The translations under genes were made by a program, and so were the position numbers. Shown piece by piece: positions 27,621-37,733 of a DNA stretch of 64,000 bases. This stretch comes from Candidatus Melainabacteria bacterium 17Bon1m (lineage in GTDB: Bacteria; Cyanobacteriota; Vampirovibrionia; Obscuribacterales; Obscuribacteraceae). Under the pieces are notes generated by a model. The model did no database searches, had not been told where the DNA came from, and worked only from the letters and a program-made list of their open reading frames with translations. Within the stretch, counting starts at the first letter, position 1, and each line of letters starts with the position of its first letter. The DNA is taken from positions 832,001-896,000 of the forward strand of contig JAVLKG010000002.1 of NCBI GenBank assembly GCA_032128875.1. The letters are read 5' to 3'.

Positions 27621-28457
27621 TTAAGCCTTCACCGTGTCAGTTTCGCCGTACTTCAAATAGATCCAGATTGCGGCAGCGACAATTATGATGAGCAGTGTTG
27701 AAACTGCGCATCCAAACGCCCAATCTCTGACTGCAAGAAATTGGTTCTGAATCAAATTGCCTATAAACATCGTTTTGCCACCTCCGAGTAAGTCAGGAGT
27801 GACATAGTCTCCTAATGCCGGAACGAAAACCATGATGCTACCTGCGATTAGTCCTCTTGAACTTAGAGGCACAGTGACCTTGAAAAAGGTTTGAAAAGGA
27901 GTTGCACCTAAATCAGATGCAGCTTCTATCAGCCTAACATCGAGTTTTTCCAATGCTGCATACACAGGAAGGACCATGTACGGCAGATAGTTGTAAACCA
28001 TCCCTAAAAGGACTGCGTATGGCGAGTAGAGAAGAAAGGGAGGATTTATCCAGCCGAATGCCGACAAAATATCAGACAAAATTCCAGTTGGGCGAAGAAT
28101 CGTTATCCATGCATAAATGCGCAGTAAGAATGAAGTCCAAAGCGGCAACACGAATAAAGTCATAAGCAGACTTTTGTATTTTGTCGGCACCGAAAATGCC
28201 ATCCATGTTGCCGTTAAAGTGCCTAAGACCAAACAAATGACAGTCGTCATTGCTGCCAGTGTCATCGACCTCATGAGCGTTTGTAGGTAAGGTCCGGAAA
28301 AAAAGCGCATGTAATTGTCAAAATTAAGGCCGGATAGTGCAACTCTTCCTAGATCATCACGGTGCCCGACACTAAAGACGAGAAGAATGACCAGCGGGAC
28401 GACCATAAAAACAGTCAGCCACAATCCGGCAGGCAAAAGTATCAGGCGCGCTTTCAA
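27621..28457 (-). CDS. polyamine ABC transporter permease (PotB-like)
   Basis: Motifs LPLWTSFLLRIYAW, YLPYMVLP and LIEAASDLGA (EAA motif). Confidence 0.92.
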   Translation of the reverse strand: MKARLILLPAGLWLTVFMVVPLVILLVFSVGHRDDLGRVALSGLNFDNYMRFFSGPYLQTLMRSMTLAAMTTVICLVLGTLTATWMAFSVPTKYKSLLMTLFVLPLWTSFLLRIYAWITILRPTGILSDILSAFGWINPPFLLYSPYAVLLGMVYNYLPYMVLPVYAALEKLDVRLIEAASDLGATPFQTFFKVTVPLSSRGLIAGSIMVFVPALGDYVTPDLLGGGKTMFIGNLIQNQFLAVRDWAFGCAVSTLLIIIVAAAIWIYLKYGETDTVKA

Positions 28458-28581
28458 AAGTCCCTGCCAGCTTTACGTTTTGCCATTATTACCCCTGTCT
28501 TCCCCATCACCGGGGCAAGGCCTGATATCTTACCGTATATAGGCTTTAAGCCTTTAAGTCGACCTGGCGGAGGGTGTGGTT

Positions 28582-28782
28582 ATGTCGCAGGGAAAAGAGC
28601 GTCTGTTTCTCAGGCAGTGGATTGGTGAGAACGTTTCCGTTGTCACGCGTGAACAATGGAAATACTCAGGTCAATTGACCAATATAGTTTTTGACGGCAC
28701 CCGGCTTATGTATATTACGCTGGATGACAAGCAGTGCCTGAATTTCGACCATATTGTAGAGATTAGCCTTCAGGGCGAATAG
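28582..28782 (+). CDS. small Sm/Hfq-like fold protein
   Basis: GGAGG RBS; FLRQWIGENVSVV...YSGQL...ITLDD...HIVEI matches the helix plus Sm1/Sm2 pattern. Confidence 0.6.
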   Translation: MSQGKERLFLRQWIGENVSVVTREQWKYSGQLTNIVFDGTRLMYITLDDKQCLNFDHIVEISLQGE

Positions 28783-28792
28783 GACGTGTCCC

Positions 28793-29740
28793 TTGAGAGT
28801 GCTTTTCTTAGGAACGCCCGAGTTTGCAGTTCCCACCTTAAACGAACTAATCGCCTTTCCAAAGACTGAGGTGGTTGGAGTTGTCTGCCAGCCGGACAGA
28901 CCGGCTGGGCGCGGCAATAAAGTTCATGTTCCGCCCGTCAAAGAAGTGGCCCTGAAGCATGGCATACCCGTTTTGCAGCCTATCAAATTGGCTAAAGAAC
29001 CTGAAGTCGTTCAGGCTATGCGCGATCTCGATCCCGACTTAATTGTCATGGTTGCATTCGGGCAAATTCTCAAGAAAGAAGTTCTCGAACTTCCCAAAAA
29101 AGGGGTTATGAATTTGCATGGCTCCTTGCTTCCCAAGCTGCGAGGCGCCGCGCCGATCAATTGGTCGATTATGAATGGTGATACTGTGGCCGGTATCACA
29201 ACCATGTTTACCGATGTCGGCGTTGATACGGGTCCAATGCTTTTGAAAGCCGAGGTGCCGCTTACCGACGAAATGACCTCTATTGATTTAGCTCATGAGT
29301 TGTCTACAGTTGGAGCCAAGCTAGTCATTACAACTATCGAGAAAATGTTGGATGGCAGCCTGGTTGCAGAACCACAAGACGACAGCCAACATACTTATGC
29401 ACCCATTCTTACCAAAGATATGGGCGTCATCGACTGGAAGTGGGACGCCAGAAAAATTCACAATAGAGTGCGCGGTCTTCAGCCGTGGCCAGGCACCGTT
29501 GCTACATTCAAAGGAACCCAACTGAAAGTCTGGAAAACTAGAGTCAAAGCTGGCTTACATGGTACAGCGCAACCAGGAACGCTTTTGATAGAAAATGGGC
29601 AACTATTGGTATGCTGCTCGGAAAACGGCTCAGAACGCCTCGAATTGATAGAAGTGCAACCGGCAAATAAAAACAAAATGTCTGCACAGTCATGGGCAAA
29701 CGGCATTCACATCAAGAGTGGCGAGGAGCGTTTCGACTAA
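28793..29740 (+). CDS. fmt: methionyl-tRNA formyltransferase
   Basis: Motifs FLGTPEFAVP, QPDRPAGRG, NLHGSLLPKLRGAAPI and VDTGP. Confidence 0.97.
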   Translation: MRVLFLGTPEFAVPTLNELIAFPKTEVVGVVCQPDRPAGRGNKVHVPPVKEVALKHGIPVLQPIKLAKEPEVVQAMRDLDPDLIVMVAFGQILKKEVLELPKKGVMNLHGSLLPKLRGAAPINWSIMNGDTVAGITTMFTDVGVDTGPMLLKAEVPLTDEMTSIDLAHELSTVGAKLVITTIEKMLDGSLVAEPQDDSQHTYAPILTKDMGVIDWKWDARKIHNRVRGLQPWPGTVATFKGTQLKVWKTRVKAGLHGTAQPGTLLIENGQLLVCCSENGSERLELIEVQPANKNKMSAQSWANGIHIKSGEERFD

Positions 29741-31404
29741 TGGCAGAAGATTCTGAAGATTCATCAAAGTCGCAAGATTCATCGAAGTCGCAGGATTCGT
29801 CAAAGTCGTCCCGTTCTCGCTCACGCATTGGTCCCAAAAAAGCAGCTCGAATTGCCGCAGGCGAAGACTTGAAAAAGGGTGGCAAGAAAGACGGACAAAT
29901 AAGCGGACAAAAAAACACCGAAAAGGGGTTTTCCAAGGTTGGAAGTGCACAAAAGCGCGGTCAAACAGGCAAGTCAGAAGCAAACGCTCAAGGCATGGCT
30001 TCGCGAAAACTTGCATTAGAAACTTTGATAAAAATCGAAAAAGACGGTGCCTATGCTAACTTGGCTCTGTCTGCAGGTTTTGAAAGGCAGCAATTGAGCG
30101 AGAAAGACCGCGCCTTTGTTACTGCTCTGGTTCAAGGTGTTCTTCGAAATCAGAATCTCCTCGATCAAAAAATTCAAACTGTCAGCAAAGAACCACTGGA
30201 GAAAATGCCACCACTGTTGCGCAATTTATTGCGAATGGCTATTTTTCAGCTGGAGAATCTTAGCGAAACCCCTCAGCATGCTGTTCTCGATACCTCGAAC
30301 AAATTGGCTCGCGCACTCGGTCACGAAGGACTTGTAAGGTATACGAACGGTGTCTTGCGTGGCTATCTGCGCAAGACCGTGGACAATACAGAAGAGACAA
30401 CGTCAAATGACGCTCAATCACTGAGCATTAAGTATTCTCTGCCTGTGTGGCTGATCCAAAAATGGATCGACTTCTATGGACCGCAGGAAGCTCAAGCTTT
30501 GCTCGATTGGTCCCAAAAGGAGCCCGGGCTAACTGTTCGAGTTTCTGACGTCAACGTTGAGCCTAAGACAATGCTCGACATCATGAATAAGAATGGTTTT
30601 GCCGCGAGGGAAGGGCACCTGGTTCCTTCTTGTCTGATTTTTGAGGGCAAAGAAGGTGGCAAATCTTTTAGTGGCTCACCGCAAAAGTTGCCGGGATACG
30701 ATGACGGATTATTTGTTGTCCAAGACGAAGCTGCAGCTTTTGTTTCTTTGGTTGTCGCTCCTCAAAAAGGCGAGACGATCGTTGATCTGTGCGCGGCTCC
30801 CGGCGGAAAAACAGTGCATTTGGCTGAGATGTTGGAAAACACAGGGCGCGTTGTTGCAGTCGACAAACACGAGTCAAGGTTGAAACTCGTCAAAGAGGCA
30901 CGGCTAAAACAAGGATTGAAAAATCTCGAAACTGTCGCAGCTGATGGAAGAGAATTCACTCTCAATAAGCTTGTCGACAGAGTTTTGCTCGATGCACCCT
31001 GTAGCGGCACCGGAGTTATTAATCGCCGCACTGATATCCGCACCAATCGAAAACAATCTGATATCGAGGAGCTCAATACATTACAGAAAGAATTGCTTGC
31101 TAATGCAGCGAAGATGGTAAAACCGGGTGGAGTGCTCGTTTACTCAACTTGCTCTCTAGAGCCAGAGGAGAATATTCAGGTTGTCGAATGGTTTCTCAAT
31201 GAACACTCGAACTTTCAAGGTTCTTCATTGCTGCCGTTCTTAAGTGCGGAAATTCAGGAAAAGTGGTTTGCAAAGGAAAACGAAGAATCACTCCCGCCTG
31301 TTTCAACAAAAGCGGCTGCTGAAAAGGGCTATATACAGCTGATTCCAACGCGTCATGGAGTAGCTGGATTTTTCGTATGTCGGCTGGAAAGAAAGCCCGA
31401 TTGA
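29740..31404 (+). CDS. rsmB: 16S rRNA (cytosine967-C5)-methyltransferase RsmB/Sun
   Basis: NusB-like N-domain, VQDEAA, DLCAAPGGKT, DAPCSGTG and YSTCS; TAATG overlap with fmt; low-complexity N-terminal extension (DSSKSQ repeats). Confidence 0.95.
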   Translation: MAEDSEDSSKSQDSSKSQDSSKSSRSRSRIGPKKAARIAAGEDLKKGGKKDGQISGQKNTEKGFSKVGSAQKRGQTGKSEANAQGMASRKLALETLIKIEKDGAYANLALSAGFERQQLSEKDRAFVTALVQGVLRNQNLLDQKIQTVSKEPLEKMPPLLRNLLRMAIFQLENLSETPQHAVLDTSNKLARALGHEGLVRYTNGVLRGYLRKTVDNTEETTSNDAQSLSIKYSLPVWLIQKWIDFYGPQEAQALLDWSQKEPGLTVRVSDVNVEPKTMLDIMNKNGFAAREGHLVPSCLIFEGKEGGKSFSGSPQKLPGYDDGLFVVQDEAAAFVSLVVAPQKGETIVDLCAAPGGKTVHLAEMLENTGRVVAVDKHESRLKLVKEARLKQGLKNLETVAADGREFTLNKLVDRVLLDAPCSGTGVINRRTDIRTNRKQSDIEELNTLQKELLANAAKMVKPGGVLVYSTCSLEPEENIQVVEWFLNEHSNFQGSSLLPFLSAEIQEKWFAKENEESLPPVSTKAAAEKGYIQLIPTRHGVAGFFVCRLERKPD

Positions 31405-31586
31405 AGGCACTCATAACGCAATCGAGAAAGTCCAGATTCTTGAAATTCTTCACTCATTGCTCAGCGACGGTAACTAAGAGTGAGCGGGAAACGCACGAAC
31501 GCTCGTAGGTCCGAAAAATGTGATTCAACACCGATACGTGGTAGGAAATAAGGGGGCCTGTACTTCCTCATAAAAGGAGCAAGACT

Positions 31587-32399
31587 TTGGACTTTCTGGT
31601 TGATGCGGGCATCTTCTGTGCCGTCGCTTATGTTCTGGCCTCTATAAAAATAGTCAAAGAGTACGACCGGCTTGTAATCTTTAGGTTCGGTAAGGCCATC
31701 GGTACCAAAGGTCCGGGCATAACTATGGTTTGGCCGATTGCCGATAGTTACAAGAAGGCCGATCTGCGCATCATTACCATGTCTATTCCGATGCAAGAAA
31801 TCATCACCAAAGACAACGTTTCCGTTCGCACAGCTGCAGTCTGCTTCTTTCAGGTCGTTGATCCTTTTAAAGCGGTGACGAAAATCGAAGATCCCATTGA
31901 AGCCACACGTCAGATTGCGCAAACGACTTTGCGAAGCGTGTTGGGACAACATGAGCTTGACGAACTCCTCAGTGCCAGAGACTCAATCAACGCTCAACTC
32001 TCCGCGATTATCGACCGGCAGACAGAGGGCTGGGGGATCAAGGTCAATTCAGTAGAAGTGAAGGACGTGGAAATTCCAGAGGGGATGCAGCGCGCAATGG
32101 CTCGGCAGGCGGAAGCCGAAAGAGAAAGACGAGCCAAGGTTGTCGCTGCTGAGGGTGAACACCAGGCTGCGGAAAAACTTGCGCAAGCCGCCAAGCTTAT
32201 TGCTGCACAACCCGGTGCAATGCAATTGCGACAACTTCAAACAATGGTGGAAGTTTCTGCAGAGAAAAATTCCACACTTATATTTCCGATTCCCATCGAG
32301 TTTATGTCCGGCATTCAAACTACTCAAAGCCAGCCGACAGATGGTGAAAGCCTTGACGTGTCCGCGGCAAATAGACAGATTGAAAACGAGCCGCGGTAA
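31587..32399 (+). CDS. stomatin/slipin family SPFH protein
   Basis: Motifs QEIITKDNV, AQTTLRSVLG, MQRAMARQAEAERERRAK and QLRQLQT. Confidence 0.95.
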   Translation: MDFLVDAGIFCAVAYVLASIKIVKEYDRLVIFRFGKAIGTKGPGITMVWPIADSYKKADLRIITMSIPMQEIITKDNVSVRTAAVCFFQVVDPFKAVTKIEDPIEATRQIAQTTLRSVLGQHELDELLSARDSINAQLSAIIDRQTEGWGIKVNSVEVKDVEIPEGMQRAMARQAEAERERRAKVVAAEGEHQAAEKLAQAAKLIAAQPGAMQLRQLQTMVEVSAEKNSTLIFPIPIEFMSGIQTTQSQPTDGESLDVSAANRQIENEPR

Positions 32400-32444
32400 G
32401 ACGTTCGCTTGAGCGTACTTTTTATTGGCTGGGTAAAAAGAGGG

Positions 32445-33017
32445 CTATTTGTCTTTGAGAAACTCGACGAGAGTAGTTTCCTTTGGCCTCGTCATAATCC
32501 ACACACAGGCCTCTGTGATTGCCTCTTTGAGCGGCGCGTCATGGGCTTCGCTGACATCTGCCTCAAATATCAGTTTGTAAGGCGCAATGTTCTCGCCGTA
32601 CCAAACGAATACCTTTGGCTGATTTCCACGGCTAAAGTTAATTAGTAAGTGATCTAGGTCCTGAGGAGGTGTAACATCAAAACCTCGCTTGAACTCTGTC
32701 ACCGTGTCTACTGCAAAAGGAACATCGAGTCCGGCGTTCCATTTAGCAAACAGTCCACCTTGCGAACATGCCCGACCGCGCAGAATTACTAGCCCGCAGT
32801 TCGATTTTCCACCTTGTGAGTCGGAAGCGTCTTTGCGTCTGTACGAGAGCCAACCTTTCCAATCCTTTGGAATTGGGTCAGTCAGCTTTATACCTACTTC
32901 TTGTTCAATTGCTTGCAGGCAAAGTTCGCATTCGTACGGTAAATCAGTAAGTCCGGCCGCGCACTCTTGCTTAGCTAAAAGTTCTGATTCTAATTCTAAT
33001 AATTTGTGATTGAACAT
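32445..33017 (-). CDS. hypothetical protein
   Basis: 190-aa ORF co-oriented with its neighbours; no family recognised. Confidence 0.65.
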   Translation of the reverse strand: MFNHKLLELESELLAKQECAAGLTDLPYECELCLQAIEQEVGIKLTDPIPKDWKGWLSYRRKDASDSQGGKSNCGLVILRGRACSQGGLFAKWNAGLDVPFAVDTVTEFKRGFDVTPPQDLDHLLINFSRGNQPKVFVWYGENIAPYKLIFEADVSEAHDAPLKEAITEACVWIMTRPKETTLVEFLKDK

Positions 33018-33060
33018 TCTTTCTTCGACTGCCTGTGCGCCTGCGATCTATATGCCCAAC

Positions 33061-33897
33061 TTAGAACGGTGTGGCAGGCAGCAACTCGCGCATCGCCAAA
33101 ACAACTGACATTATTAGCATTATCACTCCAAAGCCGCGCCGCAGAAATGAGTCCTTCAGCTTGAGTGCTAGAGCGCTTCCTAGAAGAGAGCCAGGAATTG
33201 AGCCTGCGATCATCAGCAAAGCAAGTGTCAGGTTTACATGCATAAGAGCAAAGTGCGATAGTGTGCCTGGAATGGAAACAGCTGCAATAACGATAAGTGA
33301 TGTTCCAAAAGCTGCTTTGACGCTGAAACGATAGAAATAGAGCAGGCAAGGGACCATTAGAAATCCACCGCCCACTCCGAAGAAACCTGCAAACAGCCCG
33401 GCCGCCAGTCCGACTGCGAATGGACCGATGCCTTTAGCCGGCACCGGCTCGGAATTGGGCTTCGCAGCAGCATCCCCGCCTTCCTTTTCGCGAGACTCTT
33501 TCTCTCTTTGTCTTTTTAGATTCTCACCAATTGAAAACGAAAGGTCGATGCCTGCAATACACACAAGCAGTGCAAATAGCAGCATTAGAATCTGCCCTTC
33601 CACCCATTGAGTGGCGGCGGCACCGGCTATGGTGCCTAGAACCGCAGTTGGTGCTAATTTGGCCGCCATATCTCGGTCGAACTGTTTTCTTTTGATGTAG
33701 TTAAGCGCGCCCGCTACGGATGTGGGAATAATCAGCGCCATTGTGGTTCCGACTGCCACATGCGGGTCTATGTCGAGAAACATGCGCACCAGAGGTGTGC
33801 AGAGGATGCCGCCTCCTACGCCGAAACAACCCGACATTAGTCCGGTTAAAAAACCAATGACGACAGCTTTTGCAATGAAAGCGAGTTCTACGATCAC
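33061..33897 (-). CDS. sulfite exporter TauE/SafE family membrane protein
   Basis: Duplicated G.FGVGGG motifs, AVGTT/AFGTSL and about 8 TM helices. Confidence 0.92.
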   Translation of the reverse strand: MIVELAFIAKAVVIGFLTGLMSGCFGVGGGILCTPLVRMFLDIDPHVAVGTTMALIIPTSVAGALNYIKRKQFDRDMAAKLAPTAVLGTIAGAAATQWVEGQILMLLFALLVCIAGIDLSFSIGENLKRQREKESREKEGGDAAAKPNSEPVPAKGIGPFAVGLAAGLFAGFFGVGGGFLMVPCLLYFYRFSVKAAFGTSLIVIAAVSIPGTLSHFALMHVNLTLALLMIAGSIPGSLLGSALALKLKDSFLRRGFGVIMLIMSVVLAMRELLPATPF

Positions 33898-34442
33898 ATG
33901 TAAGTCGAGAGCAATTTCCCTAAATCAGGATTCTCGCCTATCATGCGGTGAAACATCGGATTGCGAGCCAAAAGTTTGGAAATCTTACGGTCTCTTTTGA
34001 CCGCACGGTAGATCCCTTCAGGGTCACGTGCGATAACTTTGTCGCACTGCGGGTTGAGCGCAAGCCTGCGGGCAACGTCTTTCCATCGTGTCAGCCGTCT
34101 GCACAGATAGTGATCCGCTTCGGCAATTTCTCCAAGGCGCGGATGTTTAGCCAAAAGCATTGCGGCCGCGTGAAAATCGGTGATTGACTCAATCAAATCC
34201 GGGTTGGACATTGCAGCACGATCGAGCCAGTGATATTTAGCCATTGCAATGGCTGCGCTTCTGTCTCTTCTGATTCGATTTGGTCTGATTGACTTTGCCG
34301 AATTGTTTGTTGCTAGGCCCGGACGCAGTTGCGTATTCGGGTCATTAGACGAAACGTCTGCAAAAGAAGCTGAAGCGCAGGCAAAAAGGACAGGCGTGAC
34401 TAGCGATATTGCCTTAAAAAACGACGATCTGCTGTAAATCAT
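33894..34442 (-). CDS. exported helical hypothetical protein
   Basis: Signal peptide ending ASFA; helical repeats with HP/NP/DP turns; ATGA overlap with the TauE gene. Confidence 0.7.
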   Translation of the reverse strand: MIYSRSSFFKAISLVTPVLFACASASFADVSSNDPNTQLRPGLATNNSAKSIRPNRIRRDRSAAIAMAKYHWLDRAAMSNPDLIESITDFHAAAMLLAKHPRLGEIAEADHYLCRRLTRWKDVARRLALNPQCDKVIARDPEGIYRAVKRDRKISKLLARNPMFHRMIGENPDLGKLLSTYM

Positions 34443-34670
34443 CTCAACCTCAAGGGGTTTTTAGAATCCGACTTACTGACCGGTTGAGGCAAGTAAGCCA
34501 TCAATATTTTAACCATTTGTCGACCTATAGGGGATAGTAATTTGGCTCTAAATCACGCGCAGATCTGCGCTTCGACCCTTCAAAGCCCCCGCTGCGGGCA
34601 CCTTTGGGTACAATACCTTAGGGAAGGATCTTGCAAAACTAGAATTTATGAGACTTTCCGTTGCGCGTAA

Positions 34671-36557
34671 TTGCTAGCAAAGCATATGCAACAGGCATCC
34701 CCAGCTCATTTGACCCTCAGGAGACCGGCAGCGGTGAGTACGGTGAGCAACCAGGGACCTACAGGCAGTCAGCCTGAGAAGGTCGAAAACAAGGGACAAC
34801 CGGAGGTCGCCCGAGATAAGCCGGACGATGGGCTTTCGCTTGGGGATATGGTCGCTCGTGGTGATCGTTTGCAGGCTGCCCAACAAGGTCAAATAAGGGA
34901 CCATGGTATTACCGAAGAGCAAAAACTTGAACAGCTGAATAACCAGCTTACTCCTCATATTTCAGGCAAACCGGGCAGGGGGGCACTTTCCCGGGGCTTG
35001 GGGCTGTCTGAGGAATTAGGGCGGGAGCTTTCTCGAGAGGCTGGTTCGCAGCCATACAGGGACAGAGTTTTGAAGGGCGAGACAAATTTGCCTGTGCGCG
35101 AGTTTACGTGGTCAAATCAGCGCCAGATGGACCAGTCTGCCAATGCAGGGCTCGGTATACCGCTGGGTTTAAAACAGTTTTTCCAGTTGCGAAAGTCGGA
35201 ATATCAAACTCCGCCTGAAAAATCGGACTCGCAGACAAATGTCAAGGTTGAGAATTTTTTGAACCAAACTCCTGTTAAGGATAACGATAAACGCTCACCG
35301 GCTGAAGAGAAGGAGCTGGAGCAGTCTAGAGAAGCTTTGAAGTCCGCCGTCAGCCCCGAAGACACACTATCAAAAGCGCTTCATCTAGCAAGGCTTTATC
35401 AGCATTTGCGCTATATTGATGAGGCTAAAAAAGCCACTGAATTAGCTCTGGGAATTGATCCCGACAATATGGTGGCACGACAAATGTTCAAGGAACTAGA
35501 ACGGATGCATCCAGTAGATATAGGCGTCGCCACACTTCCAATCACTGTGCCAAATGCTGTGACTAAGTCGGCATTGCGCAAGCGAATTCTCGGACTTTCT
35601 GGCGGTAAAGTTGCTGTCGTCGGTGATCTGCTTATCGACGAATTGATGGAAGGTAAGCCTGAGAGAATTTCGCGCGAAGCTCCAGTTCTGATTCTCGAGC
35701 ATGTCGATACCGTTCATATTCCAGGTGGTGCAGCCAACACGGCGAGCAACGTTGTTGCGCTCGGTGGTGAGTGCATGGCGGTTGGAGTATGCGGAGCCGA
35801 TGAGTATTGCGAGAAATTGTCGAATATGCTCGACAGATATCGCATTCGACACAGTTTGGTAAAAGACATAACCAGACCCACGACAGTAAAGACAAGAATT
35901 TTGTCCAAGTCGCATTCATTGATGCAGCAGCTTCTGCGCCTTGATCGAATCTCTCACAATCCGATTAGCTCGATTATCGAAAAGATATTGATTCAACAAA
36001 TTGAAGAAGCTGTTGTCGGATATAAGGCTGTCATTCTTTCGGATTACAAAGCTGGCGTCATCACCGATGGTGTCATCAAGTCATTGCGTGCTTATGCTGA
36101 AAGAGAAAAGGTTTTGCTTATAGTTGATGCTCAGGGGGATTTCACTCGCTTCCAGGGTGCCACGTTGTTGACTCCCAATCAGCCTGACACAGAGGGCTTC
36201 TTAGGCTATCGCATTGATTCCGATTCGGTTGAAAAGGCGGGCAAAGAAATGCTCGAAAAAACTGGAGCTGAAGCTGTTTTGATAACTCGCGGTGCAGAAG
36301 GCATGGCGCTTTTCGAAAGAGGCAAGCAATATGCTGAAATGCCTGTATTCAATCGCAGCGATGTATTTGATGTGACTGGTGCGGGTGATACCGTAGTTGC
36401 CACTATGGCTCTTGCTCTGGTATCCGGGGCCAGCTACGTTGAAGCCACTGCCCTGGGCAATCTTGCTGCAGGCATCGTAGTTAGAAAATCAGGAACGGCA
36501 ACGACCAACCAGAAAGAAATGCTCGAAACACTTGAGCAGCTGAATATACCTGAGTAA
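34671..36557 (+). CDS. heptose-7-phosphate kinase (RfaE/HldE domain I, PfkB family) with long N-terminal extension containing a TPR
   Basis: Motifs VVGDLLIDE...ERISREAPV, PGGAANTA, ILSDYKAG and FDVTGAGDTV; the start is uncertain. Confidence 0.88.
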   Translation: MLAKHMQQASPAHLTLRRPAAVSTVSNQGPTGSQPEKVENKGQPEVARDKPDDGLSLGDMVARGDRLQAAQQGQIRDHGITEEQKLEQLNNQLTPHISGKPGRGALSRGLGLSEELGRELSREAGSQPYRDRVLKGETNLPVREFTWSNQRQMDQSANAGLGIPLGLKQFFQLRKSEYQTPPEKSDSQTNVKVENFLNQTPVKDNDKRSPAEEKELEQSREALKSAVSPEDTLSKALHLARLYQHLRYIDEAKKATELALGIDPDNMVARQMFKELERMHPVDIGVATLPITVPNAVTKSALRKRILGLSGGKVAVVGDLLIDELMEGKPERISREAPVLILEHVDTVHIPGGAANTASNVVALGGECMAVGVCGADEYCEKLSNMLDRYRIRHSLVKDITRPTTVKTRILSKSHSLMQQLLRLDRISHNPISSIIEKILIQQIEEAVVGYKAVILSDYKAGVITDGVIKSLRAYAEREKVLLIVDAQGDFTRFQGATLLTPNQPDTEGFLGYRIDSDSVEKAGKEMLEKTGAEAVLITRGAEGMALFERGKQYAEMPVFNRSDVFDVTGAGDTVVATMALALVSGASYVEATALGNLAAGIVVRKSGTATTNQKEMLETLEQLNIPE

Positions 36558-36566
36558 GACTGAGAA

Positions 36567-36640
36567 AAACGTCGAAACGTCGAAACGTCGAAACGAAGAT
36601 ACAGAGAATCATAGAAACGTAGAAACGTAGAAACGTGGAA
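36567..36640. repeat. two short 8-bp tandem arrays
   Basis: (AAACGTCG)x3+ at 36567-36595 and (TAGAAACG)x3+ at 36612-36640, between convergent genes. Confidence 0.85.
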
Positions 36641-36678
36641 CTGCCGGCGAGCTAAGAGTTCGTGGGGACGAAAACAGG

Positions 36679-37071
36679 CTACGCCAGCGAGCTCTTCACT
36701 ATTTGAGCAAATAACGGGAATTGTCCGTGTTTTGGTTGCAGGTTCAGAGATTCAAGAACGCTTGCGCGCATTTCTTCCGGCAAACCACTGAGCTTTAGTT
36801 GGAAGTGACTGACGAGTTCTTCTTGGGCTTTCAAGAAAGATTCATCGATTGCACATGCCGACAATTCGTTGTGGCTGACGTTCATGATTTCTGTTGCTTG
36901 CATTACTGAGTGAAGCTCCGGATTTTTGTGGCTGATGGAAAACGAGTCGTTTTGCTCGATAGGTTTCGATTCACCTAATGAATAGCTTTGCAAACCTTCG
37001 GCTTGGTCTTGCGCGAAATCCTCAACGGTCTCGAAATCATTTGAATTAGTAACGTTCTCGAAAGGTGGCAT
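36679..37071 (-). CDS. acidic hypothetical protein
   Basis: 130-aa ORF with GGAG upstream of the ATG. Confidence 0.55.
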   Translation of the reverse strand: MPPFENVTNSNDFETVEDFAQDQAEGLQSYSLGESKPIEQNDSFSISHKNPELHSVMQATEIMNVSHNELSACAIDESFLKAQEELVSHFQLKLSGLPEEMRASVLESLNLQPKHGQFPLFAQIVKSSLA

Positions 37072-37209
37072 GTTCGACTCCGAGGTTTGTGGTTCGCGTG
37101 TTTGTGTCTATCTGTTTGCCGACACTTTTGGACAAGGGTCTTCGTATTTCCCGCAGTATGATTTAATTGCTCAAACGCCCGTGTCCGAATCCGCCAAGAG
37201 GTATATACA

Positions 37210-37725
37210 GTGGCTCTCCTGCCGCGCGCTCGCGCCAATTTCATCGACTTTACCGCCATAGCCTTGCTTTGCGCCGCCGGACTTGGTTTCGGTCTTGCGA
37301 AAGCCGGTCACGCTGGAGTTAATCAGGTGATCACAGGTACACCTGATGTAGAGATAGACGTATATATCACTGGATTAAAAACCAAGGATCTCAACCTGTT
37401 TAAGGTGGGAGAACCCTCAGCGATCACTATCCGCAACCAGCCAGTCAAACCGCCGATGACAATCACAAAGGTAGAGCACACACCAAAACAAGTTGCTTTT
37501 CTTGCTCAGGACGGAAAGAAAGCCGTTTCATTCGACGATCCAGCCAACCCAATCGCTCACGATTTCACCGTTACTGTAAAAGACAAGGCTGAAGAAACCG
37601 ACGATGGATATGTGATTCGCGGAAACAAGATTAAGGTCGGTAATCAGATTGAGCTTGAATGGAAGAAATATAGAGTGCAAGGCGTTGTTGTAGACGTTCG
37701 TCCGATCGCTCCAGCTGCGAAGTAA
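37210..37725 (+). CDS. DUF4330 domain protein
   Basis: N-terminal NFID plus TM helix, ITIRNQP and GNKIKVGNQIELE, typical of cyanobacterial DUF4330. Confidence 0.82.
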   Translation: MALLPRARANFIDFTAIALLCAAGLGFGLAKAGHAGVNQVITGTPDVEIDVYITGLKTKDLNLFKVGEPSAITIRNQPVKPPMTITKVEHTPKQVAFLAQDGKKAVSFDDPANPIAHDFTVTVKDKAEETDDGYVIRGNKIKVGNQIELEWKKYRVQGVVVDVRPIAPAAK

Positions 37726-37733
37726 TTTCATCG

